NCBI GenBank assembly: GCA_963728955.1
Contig: CAVSMG010000019.1
Span: forward strand, 104,275-168,274
Source: an uncultured Verrucomicrobiae bacterium
GTDB lineage: Bacteria > Verrucomicrobiota > Verrucomicrobiia > Chthoniobacterales > UBA10450
Reading direction: 5' to 3'
DNA: 64,000 nt
Positions 37,844 to 47,284 of the stretch are shown one piece after another. Below the pieces are notes generated by a model. That model worked only from the letters and a program-made list of their open reading frames with translations, was not told the DNA's origin and ran no database searches. How positions within the stretch are numbered: position 1 is the stretch's first letter; each line of letters begins with the position of its first letter. A program made the translations under genes and the position numbers.

Positions 37844-38798
37844 ATGGCGAAAGCAATGGACTGGCTTAAGGCGAATTACGATCGCGCGCTGTTGATTGCC
37901 GCCGCGGCTTTTCTTTTTGTTACTGCGGTGGCCATTTGGTGGAGCGCCATCCAGTTCGGTAACCGACTGGTCGCTCCTCCGGCGGTTGCAGCCGAAGACG
38001 GCGTCGCAGCCGCCTGTGGCGGTCGAGCTGGATGACGCTGCGGAGCAACTCCATAAGCCGCTGCAATGGAAATCCACCACGCACTCCGGTCTGTTCGTTC
38101 CGGAAAAACATTTCATCGGGGCCGACGGCATGCCGGCTACGCTGCAAAACACGCAGGTGCATGCGCCGGTGCCTAACGAGTGGTTCGAAAAATACGCCTT
38201 GCCCATCGAAGACGCCGACGCTCTCGAGCAGGACCCGGACAAGGACGGCTTCACTAATCTCGACGAATGGCAGGGCAACACCGATCCGACCAACGCCGGG
38301 TCGCACCCGGATTACACCACGAAATTACGTTTAGTGTCCGCCAACGAGGAACCGTTCGCGTACATGTTTGCGTCGCGCACAAGAGACAACTTCGGCATCA
38401 ACAGCATCGACGAGACTGAACCGACCCAATTCCTGAAAGTCGGCGGCGTCATCCGCGGCACCGATTTCAAGATCGTCAGGTTTACGGAGAAAAAGGAACC
38501 CAATCAGTACGGAATTAAGATGGACGTATCGGAGTTGCTGCTCGAACACCAGAGCAGTCACGTGCAGGTCACATTGGTGAAAGGAAAACTCGCCACCTCG
38601 CCGCAATCCGTAGCCACGTTCGTTTACACCTGGGGCGGCCGGAAGGAATTCGAAGTGCGCAAAGACCAGGAGTTTCCTCTTGCCACCGCTGAAGGCAATC
38701 GGACGTACAAGCTCATCGACGTGCGCCCGGACAGGGCCGGGATCGTAAACACCCAAAACCCGGGTACGCCGATCGAGATTGGCTTCGCGAACCCGTGA
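37844..38798 (+). pseudogene. Pilus-locus protein with N-terminal TM and DPDKDGFTNLDEW (thrombospondin-type-3-like) motif (Amuc_1099-like), one frameshift
   Basis: The ORF 37844-38035 (MAKAMDWLKANYDRALLIAAAAFLFVTAVAIWW) continues in the frame of ORF 37896-38798 after about position 37990. Confidence 0.55.
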
Positions 38799-38806
38799 GG
38801 ATCTCT

Positions 38807-38874
38807 AACCACGAATTTACACGAATGGACACGAATTACAGGGAGGACCACGGATTACACGGATATCACGGATG
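38807..38874. repeat. Solo decamer arrays (cacgaat type followed by cacggat type)
   Basis: AACCACGAATTTACACGAATGGACACGAAT (38807-38836) followed by CCACGGATTACACGGATATCACGGATGG (38847-38874). No partner inverted array or GxxExxY gene is present. Confidence 0.7.
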
Positions 38875-39391
38875 GCCTGACAGAATGTACAAAATTAACA
38901 AAATCCATTGAAACTCGCTCGGCTCCCGCCTTACTCGGCGCTACCCATCGCGCCTTTACCTTCCATCTCGGAAACCCCATTTCCTCGATTCTGAGAATTC
39001 TGTTCATTCTGTCGAAAAAATCTGCGCCATCCCCCGCCTCCGCTGCGTCCTTCACGGTGTAAGAGGGAGTGCGTTTCGGCGAGGGCGCCGAAACCAACTC
39101 GTGTCATCCGGTGGTTCCGCATCTTCCTTAGGCCAAAAATCTTAAGAAATTTTCCTTGAACCTCGTAGAAGAGATCGAGTAAAAGCGCCTCAAATGTGCA
39201 TAGTTGCGAGCCGGAAACTACGGATTTGAAACTCGCTCATTTCCCAGTTGCTCGCTGCTACCCCTCGCGGCTCTGCCTTGTATCTCGCTGATCCCATCAG
39301 CTCGGTCCACGCATGCACACACTCAGAAGGACCAAGTGAGCCATATGAAAACCACCCGGAACGTAATAATCGTTGCAGTAGCGCGCGCTCC

Positions 39392-39441
39392 TGTAGGGCG
39401 TCTGTGCCAGACGCCATGGCGTTTCACAGAAACGCCCTACA
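39392..39441. repeat. REP element, TGTAGGGCG family
   Basis: TGTAGGGCGTCTGTGCCAGACGCC-ATGGC-GTTTCACAGAAACGCCCTACA. It lies just upstream of the inferred secretin start codon. Confidence 0.8.
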
Positions 39442-39450
39442 AGAGAATGC

Positions 39451-42170
39451 ATGCCGCGTTCGCGGTTTGCGCCGCGCTCTTTGCTCATCATCTTCTTCCT
39501 CCGCGGTCGCGCAGAACGCCGACAGCATCGCCGATCGCGAAGTGCAGCGGCGTCAGGCTGCTATGCCGGAAGGCGAAGCTGCGCTGGCGCGCGGCAAGTC
39601 CGCACTGAGATCGAAAAATTACACCGTCGCGTACCAGGAATTTAAGACTGCCATCGGCTATCTGCCGGATGCAGTCGTGTCCGGGAAAGCGCACGACGAA
39701 GCGGCGGAAGGGGTTTGCAAAAGCGGCACCGTTTTGGCCGAAGCACGGATTGCTCAGGGCGATTACCCCGGGGCCGAAGCGATCCTGAACGAAATCTTAA
39801 CCCGTTACGATCCCAATTGCCGCAAGGCGCAGGACCTTTTCGCGCATTTGCGCACGCCGGGTTACTTCAACAAAACGGTGGACCCCGGCTTCACCAACAA
39901 AGTCGAGGAAGTGAAACGTCTGCTCGCCGAAGCCGACGGCTTTTATCAATCCGGGCAGTACGATAAGGCGATGAAAAGCTATGACAAGGTGCTGGCGCTC
40001 GATCCGTACAACACCGCGGCGCGCAAAGGCCAGGAAAAAATCGACAACACCAAATACCAGTACGGCGAGGAAGCGTACAACGAGACGCGGGCGCGCAAGC
40101 TATGGAAAGTCGAAGAAGCATGGCAACAACCGGTCAGGAAATATGGCGCTGTGGGCCCGGTCGCTGACAACAAAGGGCGAGGGGAAGTGCGCGGTACCGC
40201 GCAGATGACCAACAAACTGAATAGCATCATCATCCCGCACCTGGAATTTCGCGATACCACGTATTCGCGAGGCGATCGATTTTCTTCGGGAGCAGGCAGC
40301 CGAGAACGATCCTTCGGGACAGGGCGTAAACATTGTGCTGCGGCTCGTTCCTCTCGGACAAGTTGCGCCGCCTTCAATGCCAGTCGTGCTGCCGACCGGT
40401 ACCGGCACGCCCGGAGCAGGTGCCCGCCGGTAACCACACCGCCCGCAGGGGCGCCCGCGCAGGGCGCTCCTGGCGCGTCGCCAGGGCGCAGCGCCCGTTC
40501 CGGCCCGGCCGGGTGCGCGCATCACCGTGACGCTGGATAACATTCCACTCGGTGAAGCGTTGCGGTACGTCGCTGCCCAAGCCGGATTAAAAGTGAAAGT
40601 CGAACCGTATGCGGTTACACTTATTCCTCTCAGCGAGCAAAGCAACGATCTGATCACAAAGCGATATCACGTGCCGCCGGAATTTTTCGGCGGGCCACTT
40701 GATGTCGGTTACTACATCGGAAGCAGTGTGGCCGGTGGTGGCGGCAGGGCGCTGGCACGACGACCGGAATTCGGAGGAGCCACCCGTGGCGACCAGCGTT
40801 ATTGAGAAGGAAGCAGTAAGCTTTCAGACCGCTTCCGGAATCGGCACCGGCGCTGGTGCTTCGAGCCAGTGCAAACCAATTGCAAGGCACTGCCAGCTAC
40901 TCGCCAGACGTTGCAGAACGATCGTCAACTCGTCGGGCGAGCCGACGCGATAACGATGTTGAAGAGCATGGGCGTCTCGTTTCCTGCCGGCGCGAGCGCA
41001 ACCTTCTGGCCGCATAGCGGGACGCTGATCGTGCGCAACACACAGGACAATCTGGACATGGTGGACGCGTTGGTTGATCAGGCGAATTCGTCGGCGCCCA
41101 ACAGGTCGAGATCGAATCGAAGTTTGTCGAGATTAATCAAAACAATCTTAAGGAACTTGGCTTCGACTGGTTATTGGGTCCGTTTAGCACTAATGGCAAA
41201 GTTTTCGGTGCAGGTGGAACCGCTGGCAACGGCGCCCCTGTCAACCGCGGCGAATTTTCCGTTCAATGATGCGAACGGGAATCCGATTGGACAAAACCCG
41301 GTCACGTCCGGAAATCGCAGCGGTAATTTCGCGATCAGCGCCAACGCGCTCGATGCGCTTTTGATGCCAGGTCTTGGGCAAGTTGCTGGCGTCGCTCCGG
41401 GAATCTTTGGATTGGCCGGGGTTTTCACCAATCCACAATTTCAGGTCGTGATTCGCGCGCTCAATCAAAAGAAAGGCATCGACCTTCTTTCCGCGCCCAG
41501 TGTGACCACAAAGAGCGGCCAGCGCGCCATTATCGAAGTCATTCAGAGAGTTGCGTTATCCTAGGACATACACTCAGCCGCAGGTTCCATCCGATGTAGC
41601 TAGCCACTCTGGTGGGCGCCGACGACCGTTCCTGTGGTGGTTACTCCGACGACGCCTCAAGACTGGGAGACGCGAAACACTGGTGTGACGCTGGAAGTCG
41701 AGCCAGTAGTTGGCGGGGATGCACGACGATCGATCTCAACTTGGTTCCGCAGGTCGTCGAGTTCGAGGGGTTCATCAATTACGGCAGCCCGATTTTTGCA
41801 GTCGGCGTCAATACTGCGGCTGGGATATCGATTTCCAACCGGTTCTGCTCACTCCAATGCAATAAATCAGCCGGTCTTCAGCACTCGCAAGGTGACCACA
41901 AGCGTGAGCGTTTATGACGGGCAAACGGTCGTATTGGGTGGGTTGATGCGTGAAGACGTTCAGAAAACTGAGGATAAGGTTCCCATCATTGGCGACATTC
42001 CATTTGTCGGCAGGGCGTTTCGCACTAACACGGAGCAGCATACCAAAAAGAATTTGGTCATTTTCGTCACCGCGCACATCATCACGCCCGCAGGTGTGCC
42101 GTTGAACGAGGAAGAAGAGGAAGGCCTGCTGCCGCCCGAGCTGCCGGAAGTGCCGGCGTATAAGAAATAG
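39451..42170 (+). pseudogene. Outer-membrane secretin (type II/III secretion / PilQ-like, Amuc_1098-like) with N-terminal TPR region, at least 10 frame changes
   Basis: The signal peptide MPRSRFAPRSLLIIFFL(AVAQ) is followed by a TPR region (YQSGQYDKAMKSYDKVLALDPYN). Next come LEFRDTT/IREAIDFLREQ and a secretin core: QVEIESKFVEINQNNLKELGFDW, NPQFQVVIRALNQKKGIDLLSAPSVTTKSGQRA, VTLEVEPVV. The core ends YDGQTVVLGGLMRED...KVPIIGDIPFVGRAF...KKNLVIFVTAHII. These segments are spread over all three frames. Confidence 0.75.
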
Positions 42171-42218
42171 CCCATAGTCTATAGTTGATAGTTGAGAGTC
42201 TCAGCAGAGAGGCGCGAC

Positions 42219-43748
42219 GTGAAAAAAACAAATTAACCCTTCAGTTAAGGCGCACCTTTTCCGGAGCGCGCTGGTTCTGCTTTCACTGGTGACTTTCAGC
42301 CAGGATATCTTCTGTCAGACGCCGAAGCTCCACGCCACTCCCACGGCGACGGCAGAGTGCTTTAGGCCCCCACCGGGAGCGTGTGTATGGTATGAAGCGG
42401 AGTCGCCTATTTGCCCCCCAAATCCCCAAGCCGGAGACCGATGTAACATCCTGGAGGGAAGCGCCATCGTTCTAAGCTGCCCGACATGCTCCGAACGGAA
42501 AAAAGGTAAGTTACGTGGGCAGCAACGATGGTAATCTGCAGTTCAATGCTGTCGGTGTTGTCGCAACGGGCAATTACACCGTGACGATCTGCTACCTCAA
42601 CGGAGACGCGGTGCGCTACGCCTATCTGAGCGTGAACGGCGGTCCAGGAATGCCTGTGACCTTTCCCTCCACTGGCTCGTTTGAGACTCTGGGGTCAATA
42701 CAGGTAACCGTCACTTTAAACACGGGTTGCAACACGCTTAAGTTCTACAATCCGATCGTTGGTAGCTGGGCGCCGGATTTCGATCGGATTCAATTCAACT
42801 GCCCGACCTGCGCGCTGCCTGCACCCACGCCCACGCCTACGCCTACATCCACGCCAGCACCAACCCCTACACCAGACGGGTGCTATCCCAATTTCACGAC
42901 AGCGGAAGGATGCGATGCGCTTAGTCTCCTCGCCACAGGCGCCGGAAATGCAGGGCTTGGTTGGCGTTCGCTCTTTTTGGATACGACCGGCGGCTTCAAC
43001 ACCGGTGTTGGCGGCGGAGCGCTGGCGCTCAACAACGGGGATTCCAATACGGCGGTGGGCGCTGCAGCGTTGTTGCTCAATACCAGCGGCACAAACAACA
43101 CCGGCGTTGGAACCGACGCGCTCGTCTTTAACGACAGCGGTGACTCCAACACTGCCACCGGTTACTTTACGCTCATGAACAATACCACCGGCGGCTTCAA
43201 CACGGCCATCGGTTCGGAAGCGCTCACTGCCAACACCAGCGGGAACAACAACACAGCCACCGGTGATCTCGCGCTCACAGAACACCGAAACCACGAGCCA
43301 CCATGTTGCATAGGCAAAATGGCCGGGTCTGGTATCACCACCGCCAATAACAACATCATCATCGGTCACCACTCTGGCGTGCACACTGTTTTTGGCCAGG
43401 AAAGCGACAGGTGCTTTATCGACAACATCCCCGGTGCGCCGGTTTCCGCCGCGACGGCAATGCCGTGATGGTCGATTCCGATGGAAGATTGGGCACTGTC
43501 ACCGCCGAAGGACCGGCCCGGGTGGATTTTCGCTCAAAGGCATCCGGCCCCAAGCCATTCCCGATGCCGCCAAGCAAGCGATGCTCAATCTCGAAGTTCA
43601 AAAGTTGCGGACAACGATCTCGCAACAACAGAACCAAATAGAAATGCTCACCGCCCGGCTGAAAGAGCAAACCGCACAAATCCAGAAAGTGAATGCCCAG
43701 CTCGAAATGCGTAAGCCGGCAGCCAAAGTGATTGTGAACAAACTGTAA
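42219..43748 (+). pseudogene. Secreted protein: CBM6/35-like domain, Pro/Thr linker, Hep_Hag/YadA-head-like NTA-G repeats, C-terminal coiled coil; at least 4 frameshifts
   Basis: GTG start plus signal peptide (MKKQINPSVKAHLFRSALVLLSLVTFSQD) if the A7 run at 42222-42228 is read as A6. Then YEAES...VSYVGSNDGNLQFNAV...LSVNG...APDFDRIQF, PTPTPTPTSTPAPTPTP, repeats of NTAVGAAAL/NTGVGTDAL type, and LNLEVQKLRTTISQQQNQIEMLTARLKEQ. Confidence 0.65.
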
Positions 43749-43782
43749 AACTGTTCAAAACAATGAAACGAAATCAAAAAAG

Positions 43783-44747
43783 ATGAAAAATCGAAGTACG
43801 ATATTGATGGTCATCCTGCCGGTGTTAGCCTGCTTCGCGCTTTTGCCAGCAGCGCGGGCGGTCAGTCCGGCACCGGATGGATGCTATCCCAATTTCACGA
43901 CAGCCGAAGGGTGCGATGCGCTTAGTTTCCTCACCACCGGCGCTGGAAATACAGCGCTTGGTTGGCGATCGCTCTTTTCAGATACCACCGGCAGCTTCAA
44001 CACCGGCGTTGGCGCTGGGGCGCTGGTCCTCAACAACGGGAGCTCCAATACCGCAGTGGGCGCTGCAGCGTTGTTGCTCAACACCACGGCCTCAAATAAT
44101 ACGGCCGTTGGAACTGACACACTCGTCTTTAATGACAGCGGTGCCTCTAACACTGCCACTGGTTACTTTGCGCTCATGAACAATACCATCGGCGGCTCTA
44201 ACACAGCCATCGGTTCGGAAGCGCTCACTGCTAATACCAGCGGAAACAACAACACGGCCATCGGCAATCTGGCGCTTAAGAACAGCGAAACCACGAGCGA
44301 TAACGTTGTCGTAGGCACAAGGCCGGGTCTGGCATCACCACCGCTAATAACAATATCATCATCGGCCACCACTCTGGTGTGCACAGTGTTTTCGGCCAGG
44401 AAAGTGACAGATGCTTTATCGACAATATCTCCGGTGCACCGGTTTCCGCCGCGACGGCCGCTATAGTGATGGTCGATTCCGATGGACGACTGGGCACGGT
44501 CACCGCCGATGGACCTGAGCTGGGTGGATTTTCGCCCAAAGGCATCCGGCCCCCAGCCATTCCCGATGCCGCCAAGCAAGCCATGCTCAATCTCGAAGTT
44601 CAAAAGTTGCGGGCAACGGTCACGCAGCAACAGCAACAAATAGAGAAGCTCACAGTCCAACTGAAAGAGCAGGCTGCGCGAATCCAGAAAGCGAATGCCC
44701 AGCTCGAAATGCGCCAGCCGGAGACAAAAGTGGTCGACAAACCTTAA
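43783..44747 (+). pseudogene. Paralog of the preceding gene without the CBM: signal peptide, Hep_Hag-like repeats, coiled coil; one frameshift
   Basis: MKNRSTILMVILPVLACFALLPAARA, then DGCYPNFTTAEGCDALSFL... The frame changes near 44320 and continues as AGSGITTANNNIIIGHHSG...CFIDNISGAPVSAATA...LNLEVQKLRATVTQQQQQIEKL. Confidence 0.65.
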
Positions 44748-44897
44748 AGCTGTTCCTTGAGGAGAGTCACGGAGGAAACTGATGAAAACTCTGCGGACCC
44801 TTTTTTTGGGAATTCTTGATGTTGTGGCGCTGGTAACATTCGTCTACTCACGTGGCGGCAAAGCAGCAGCGGATTCGAACGTTGAGAGGCCCGGGCG

Positions 44898-44952
44898 ACC
44901 ACGGATTACACTTTTGTCTTCGTTATTTCCGAACATCCGTGTCATCCGTGGT
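44898..44952. repeat. Gene-less mini-element with cacggat-type inverted ends
   Basis: ACCACGGATTACAC (44898-44911) matches the reverse complement of GTGTCATCCGTGGT (44939-44952), which is ACCACGGATGACAC, at 13/14 positions. Confidence 0.6.
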
Positions 44953-45072
44953 AAAACTCTCTCGGCGTCCGCCGCGGCGGACGCCCTACAACATTCGTGT
45001 CTATTCCAGTTTACCCGCCGCGTGCGGGTGCCGATTACTGGTTAAATCTGCCGTGATTGGTCACATTCCGAA

Positions 45073-45102
45073 CCATCCGTGATATCCGCGCCATCCGTGG
45101 TT
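45073..45102. repeat. Decamer array, cacggat type, inverse orientation
   Basis: CCATCCGTGATATCCGCGCCATCCGTGGTT. Its reverse complement is AACCACGGATGGCGCGGATATCACGGATGG. Confidence 0.6.
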
Positions 45103-45209
45103 CTCTCTGCTTCCCGTGCCAGTCCATTCGCCTGCCGCGCCGTAGTCCTGCGACTGCGGGACGAAGGCGGGTGGTTAAATCTGCCCCAAAAAAAAGTTAA
45201 AAATAGTTA

Positions 45210-45238
45210 TTGACTTCCTTAGCGAATATTGCGATAAG
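45210..45238 (+). promoter_or_regulatory. Candidate sigma70-type promoter of the prepilin-like gene
   Basis: TTGACT (45210-45215), 17-nt spacer, GATAAG (45233-45238). It is preceded by an A/T-rich tract and followed by a roughly 170-nt C/A-rich leader. Confidence 0.35.
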
Positions 45239-45407
45239 CGCGCCTCAATCTTAGGAGAAAGCTCCTAGGAGCAAACCAAAACCCCCAACCCCAACCCCCC
45301 AAGAAAAGGACCCCAGAACATCGGTCCGCCGAAGCAAAGGCGGACCCTCAGACCAAACACCCTCTGAGAAAACCCTCAGAACAACCGCAGAATAAAAAAA
45401 CCAAAAA

Positions 45408-46023
45408 ATGAAAATAAAAATAAATAAATCCCCCTCAGCATTCACCCTTATTGAGTTGCTGGTCGTGATTGCGATTATCGCAATTCTGGCCGCACTGGCA
45501 GTGCCCGCATTAACGTCGGCGCTCGCCAAGGCTCAACAGACCGGCACCATGAACAACGCCCGCCAGCTTTACTTGGCACAATTCCAAATGTCGAATGACG
45601 GCGCAGCAACCGGCGACGCCACTTCAGCGTGGCCTGGCGACCTTCCTGCGCGTTCCAGCGACCGTTAGTGGATTATCTTAACGTGCTGTGTTGGAAAAGG
45701 TTACCTAAAAGGTGGCGACGCTATCAAGCTCTTCAACGCTCCTGGTGCCTCGTTCACCGCCACGGTGACGACCACAAATGGTATCGACCAGCTAACCGTT
45801 GCTGCTGGGACAGCGCCGCCCTGAAAGTTTGGCCAACCAGAGACGTGGATCCTGCGACGACGATTTTTTCCACCAGCAAAAACTACGTCTATGACACCGC
45901 CATAGTGGCAGGATCTGTTCCGTACGGTACCAAAGGGTTTCATCACGATGCAGAAAGGCGGCGACGCGAGCTGTCTTTAGGGTAGGCCAGGCCACTAGCT
46001 GGCGGTTGGGCGCGGTGCGGTGA
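45408..46023 (+). pseudogene. Prepilin-type N-terminal cleavage/methylation domain protein (pseudopilin-like), several frameshifts; 3' end uncertain
   Basis: [35 protein letters not shown]. Downstream sense sequence (YLKGGDAIKLFNAPGASFTATV; TIFSTSKNYVYDTAIVAGSVPYGTKGF) is scattered over three frames. Confidence 0.7.
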
Positions 46024-46160
46024 GGTAACATTCCAGAATGCAGTCGGCTCTAAGCACCGGAGATCCTCTGGAGCACCGTCAGTCCTGGCGATCCTACCTC
46101 TGCCCTTCGCTGACCTCTCACCTTCTAAAGCGACCCTGGCTCGTTTAGTTTGGTTAACTC

Positions 46161-46195
46161 AAAGCGCCCCGCCTCGGCGGGGCGCTTTTGTTTTC
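46161..46195 (+). terminator. Rho-independent terminator
   Basis: AAAGCGCCCCGCC-TCG-GCGGGGCGCTTT hairpin followed by TGTTTT. Confidence 0.75.
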
Positions 46196-46353
46196 TGGGG
46201 AGCGCGAGCGCCCTCGCCGAAACGAACTTTTGCTCTTAGTTTCGTCCGCAGATTGATTCGCACTCTCCGAGTGCCTTATTAGCGAATCTCAACCCCGGGA
46301 AGATTGGCCACGGGAATATTGGCTTTCCAGTTGTAATGCGCTACCAAGTTTCC

Positions 46354-46622
46354 GTGCAATTCGAGTTCGATCCGTGGAAGAGCGAGAACAAGAAGGCAAA
46401 ACACACGGAATCGATTTTGTCGAAGCGCAGGCGCTCTGGAAATCGAAGCACGTACTTCTCGACGCCAAAGACGTTTTAGAAAAGCGATATATGGTCATCG
46501 GGAGAATCGGCAGCGAACATTGGTCGGCGATTATCACCTATCGCGGCGCGGCAATTCGGATTATTAGTGTAAGGAGATCCACCGCAGTGGAGATCGAGAC
46601 GTATGAAAAAATCGCAGGATAA
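46354..46622 (+). pseudogene. BrnT-family (DUF497) toxin, frameshifted near its N-terminus
   Basis: GTG-QFEFDPWKSENKKAKH in one frame joins GIDFVEAQALW...IRIISVRRSTAVEIETYE in the next, at a CACAC tract around 46405. Confidence 0.65.
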
Positions 46623-46824
46623 CCAGACAACAGCGAAGAACCTCGAAGAGAAATTCGACCGAGGCGAAGATGTGCTCGATTATTTTGATCTACGCAAAGC
46701 GCGCCTTGTCGATCCACAACCCAATAAGAACGGTAAAGAAAAATTTCCTCATCCGATAAAGCGAAGCTCCAAGCGTACAGCGGTCGTTCGAGAAAAACCG
46801 GCGCGCTATCCGAAAAAGAAATAG
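46603..46824 (+). CDS. BrnA/CopG-like antitoxin
   Basis: 73-aa ORF overlapping the BrnT stop. It contains LEEKFDRGEDVLDYFDL, the pattern I recall for BrnA-type antitoxins. Confidence 0.6.
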   Translation: MKKSQDNQTTAKNLEEKFDRGEDVLDYFDLRKARLVDPQPNKNGKEKFPHPIKRSSKRTAVVREKPARYPKKK

Positions 46825-46921
46825 GGAACGCGCCAAATCATGAGCAAAACGTCTGATCGGATTGCGACGTTCATGCTCGCAGCCGGCAAGGCTGCCTCTG
46901 CAGCAGAAAATCGCGCCTGAT

Positions 46922-47182
46922 CTATAGCCGCTCGGTTTGAACGTTTATGTGAGGTTGCGGTACAGTTCGCGTTGCAGGAGCCGGACTGTCGGGAATCGGT
47001 TTCACCATCCACTCCCAGCCAATATGGCCCTCTTTGTCGAAGGTCCACGCTGCGCCGCCGCGTTTCCAGATCTCAGATCGCCAGTAATTACTGTTAGCCG
47101 GAATTGCGAACGCATACGTGACCCCGGCTGTGATCATCACTCCGCACAACATTCCAATCAAAAACATGCGACGCCTTCTCAT
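46922..47182 (-). CDS. Hypothetical small membrane protein
   Basis: 86-aa ORF, MRRRRMFLIGMLCGVMITAGVTYAF (N-terminal TM). No homolog recognised. Confidence 0.35.
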   Translation of the reverse strand: MRRRRMFLIGMLCGVMITAGVTYAFAIPANSNYWRSEIWKRGGAAWTFDKEGHIGWEWMVKPIPDSPAPATRTVPQPHINVQTERL

Positions 47183-47284
47183 ATTAGTAACCTCCGATCT
47201 GTTACCGCTTCACTGCTACTGCGCTTCCAGCAGACACTTCCTTATCTGTCCTTCGCAATTCGCCGTCAAGCTGGTTTCCCCCAA

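Noticed and set aside
36117-38874. The short tandem arrays might be a CRISPR locus.
   Set aside because: The units are only 8-10 bp and are contiguous without unique spacers, each array has 2-3 units, and there are no cas genes.
39204-39608. ORFs 39204-39608 and 39248-... start upstream of 39451 and read through the REP element.
   Set aside because: They translate a REP palindrome. A start at 39451, with one frame correction, gives a canonical signal peptide and leaves the REP extragenic.
44782-45082. ORFs 44782-45045 and 44852-45082 lie between the surface-protein paralog and the prepilin-like gene.
   Set aside because: The sequence is largely made of decamer arrays and other dispersed repeats (cacggat units, GGTTAAATCTGCC duplicates). 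There is no domain signal and no convincing RBS.
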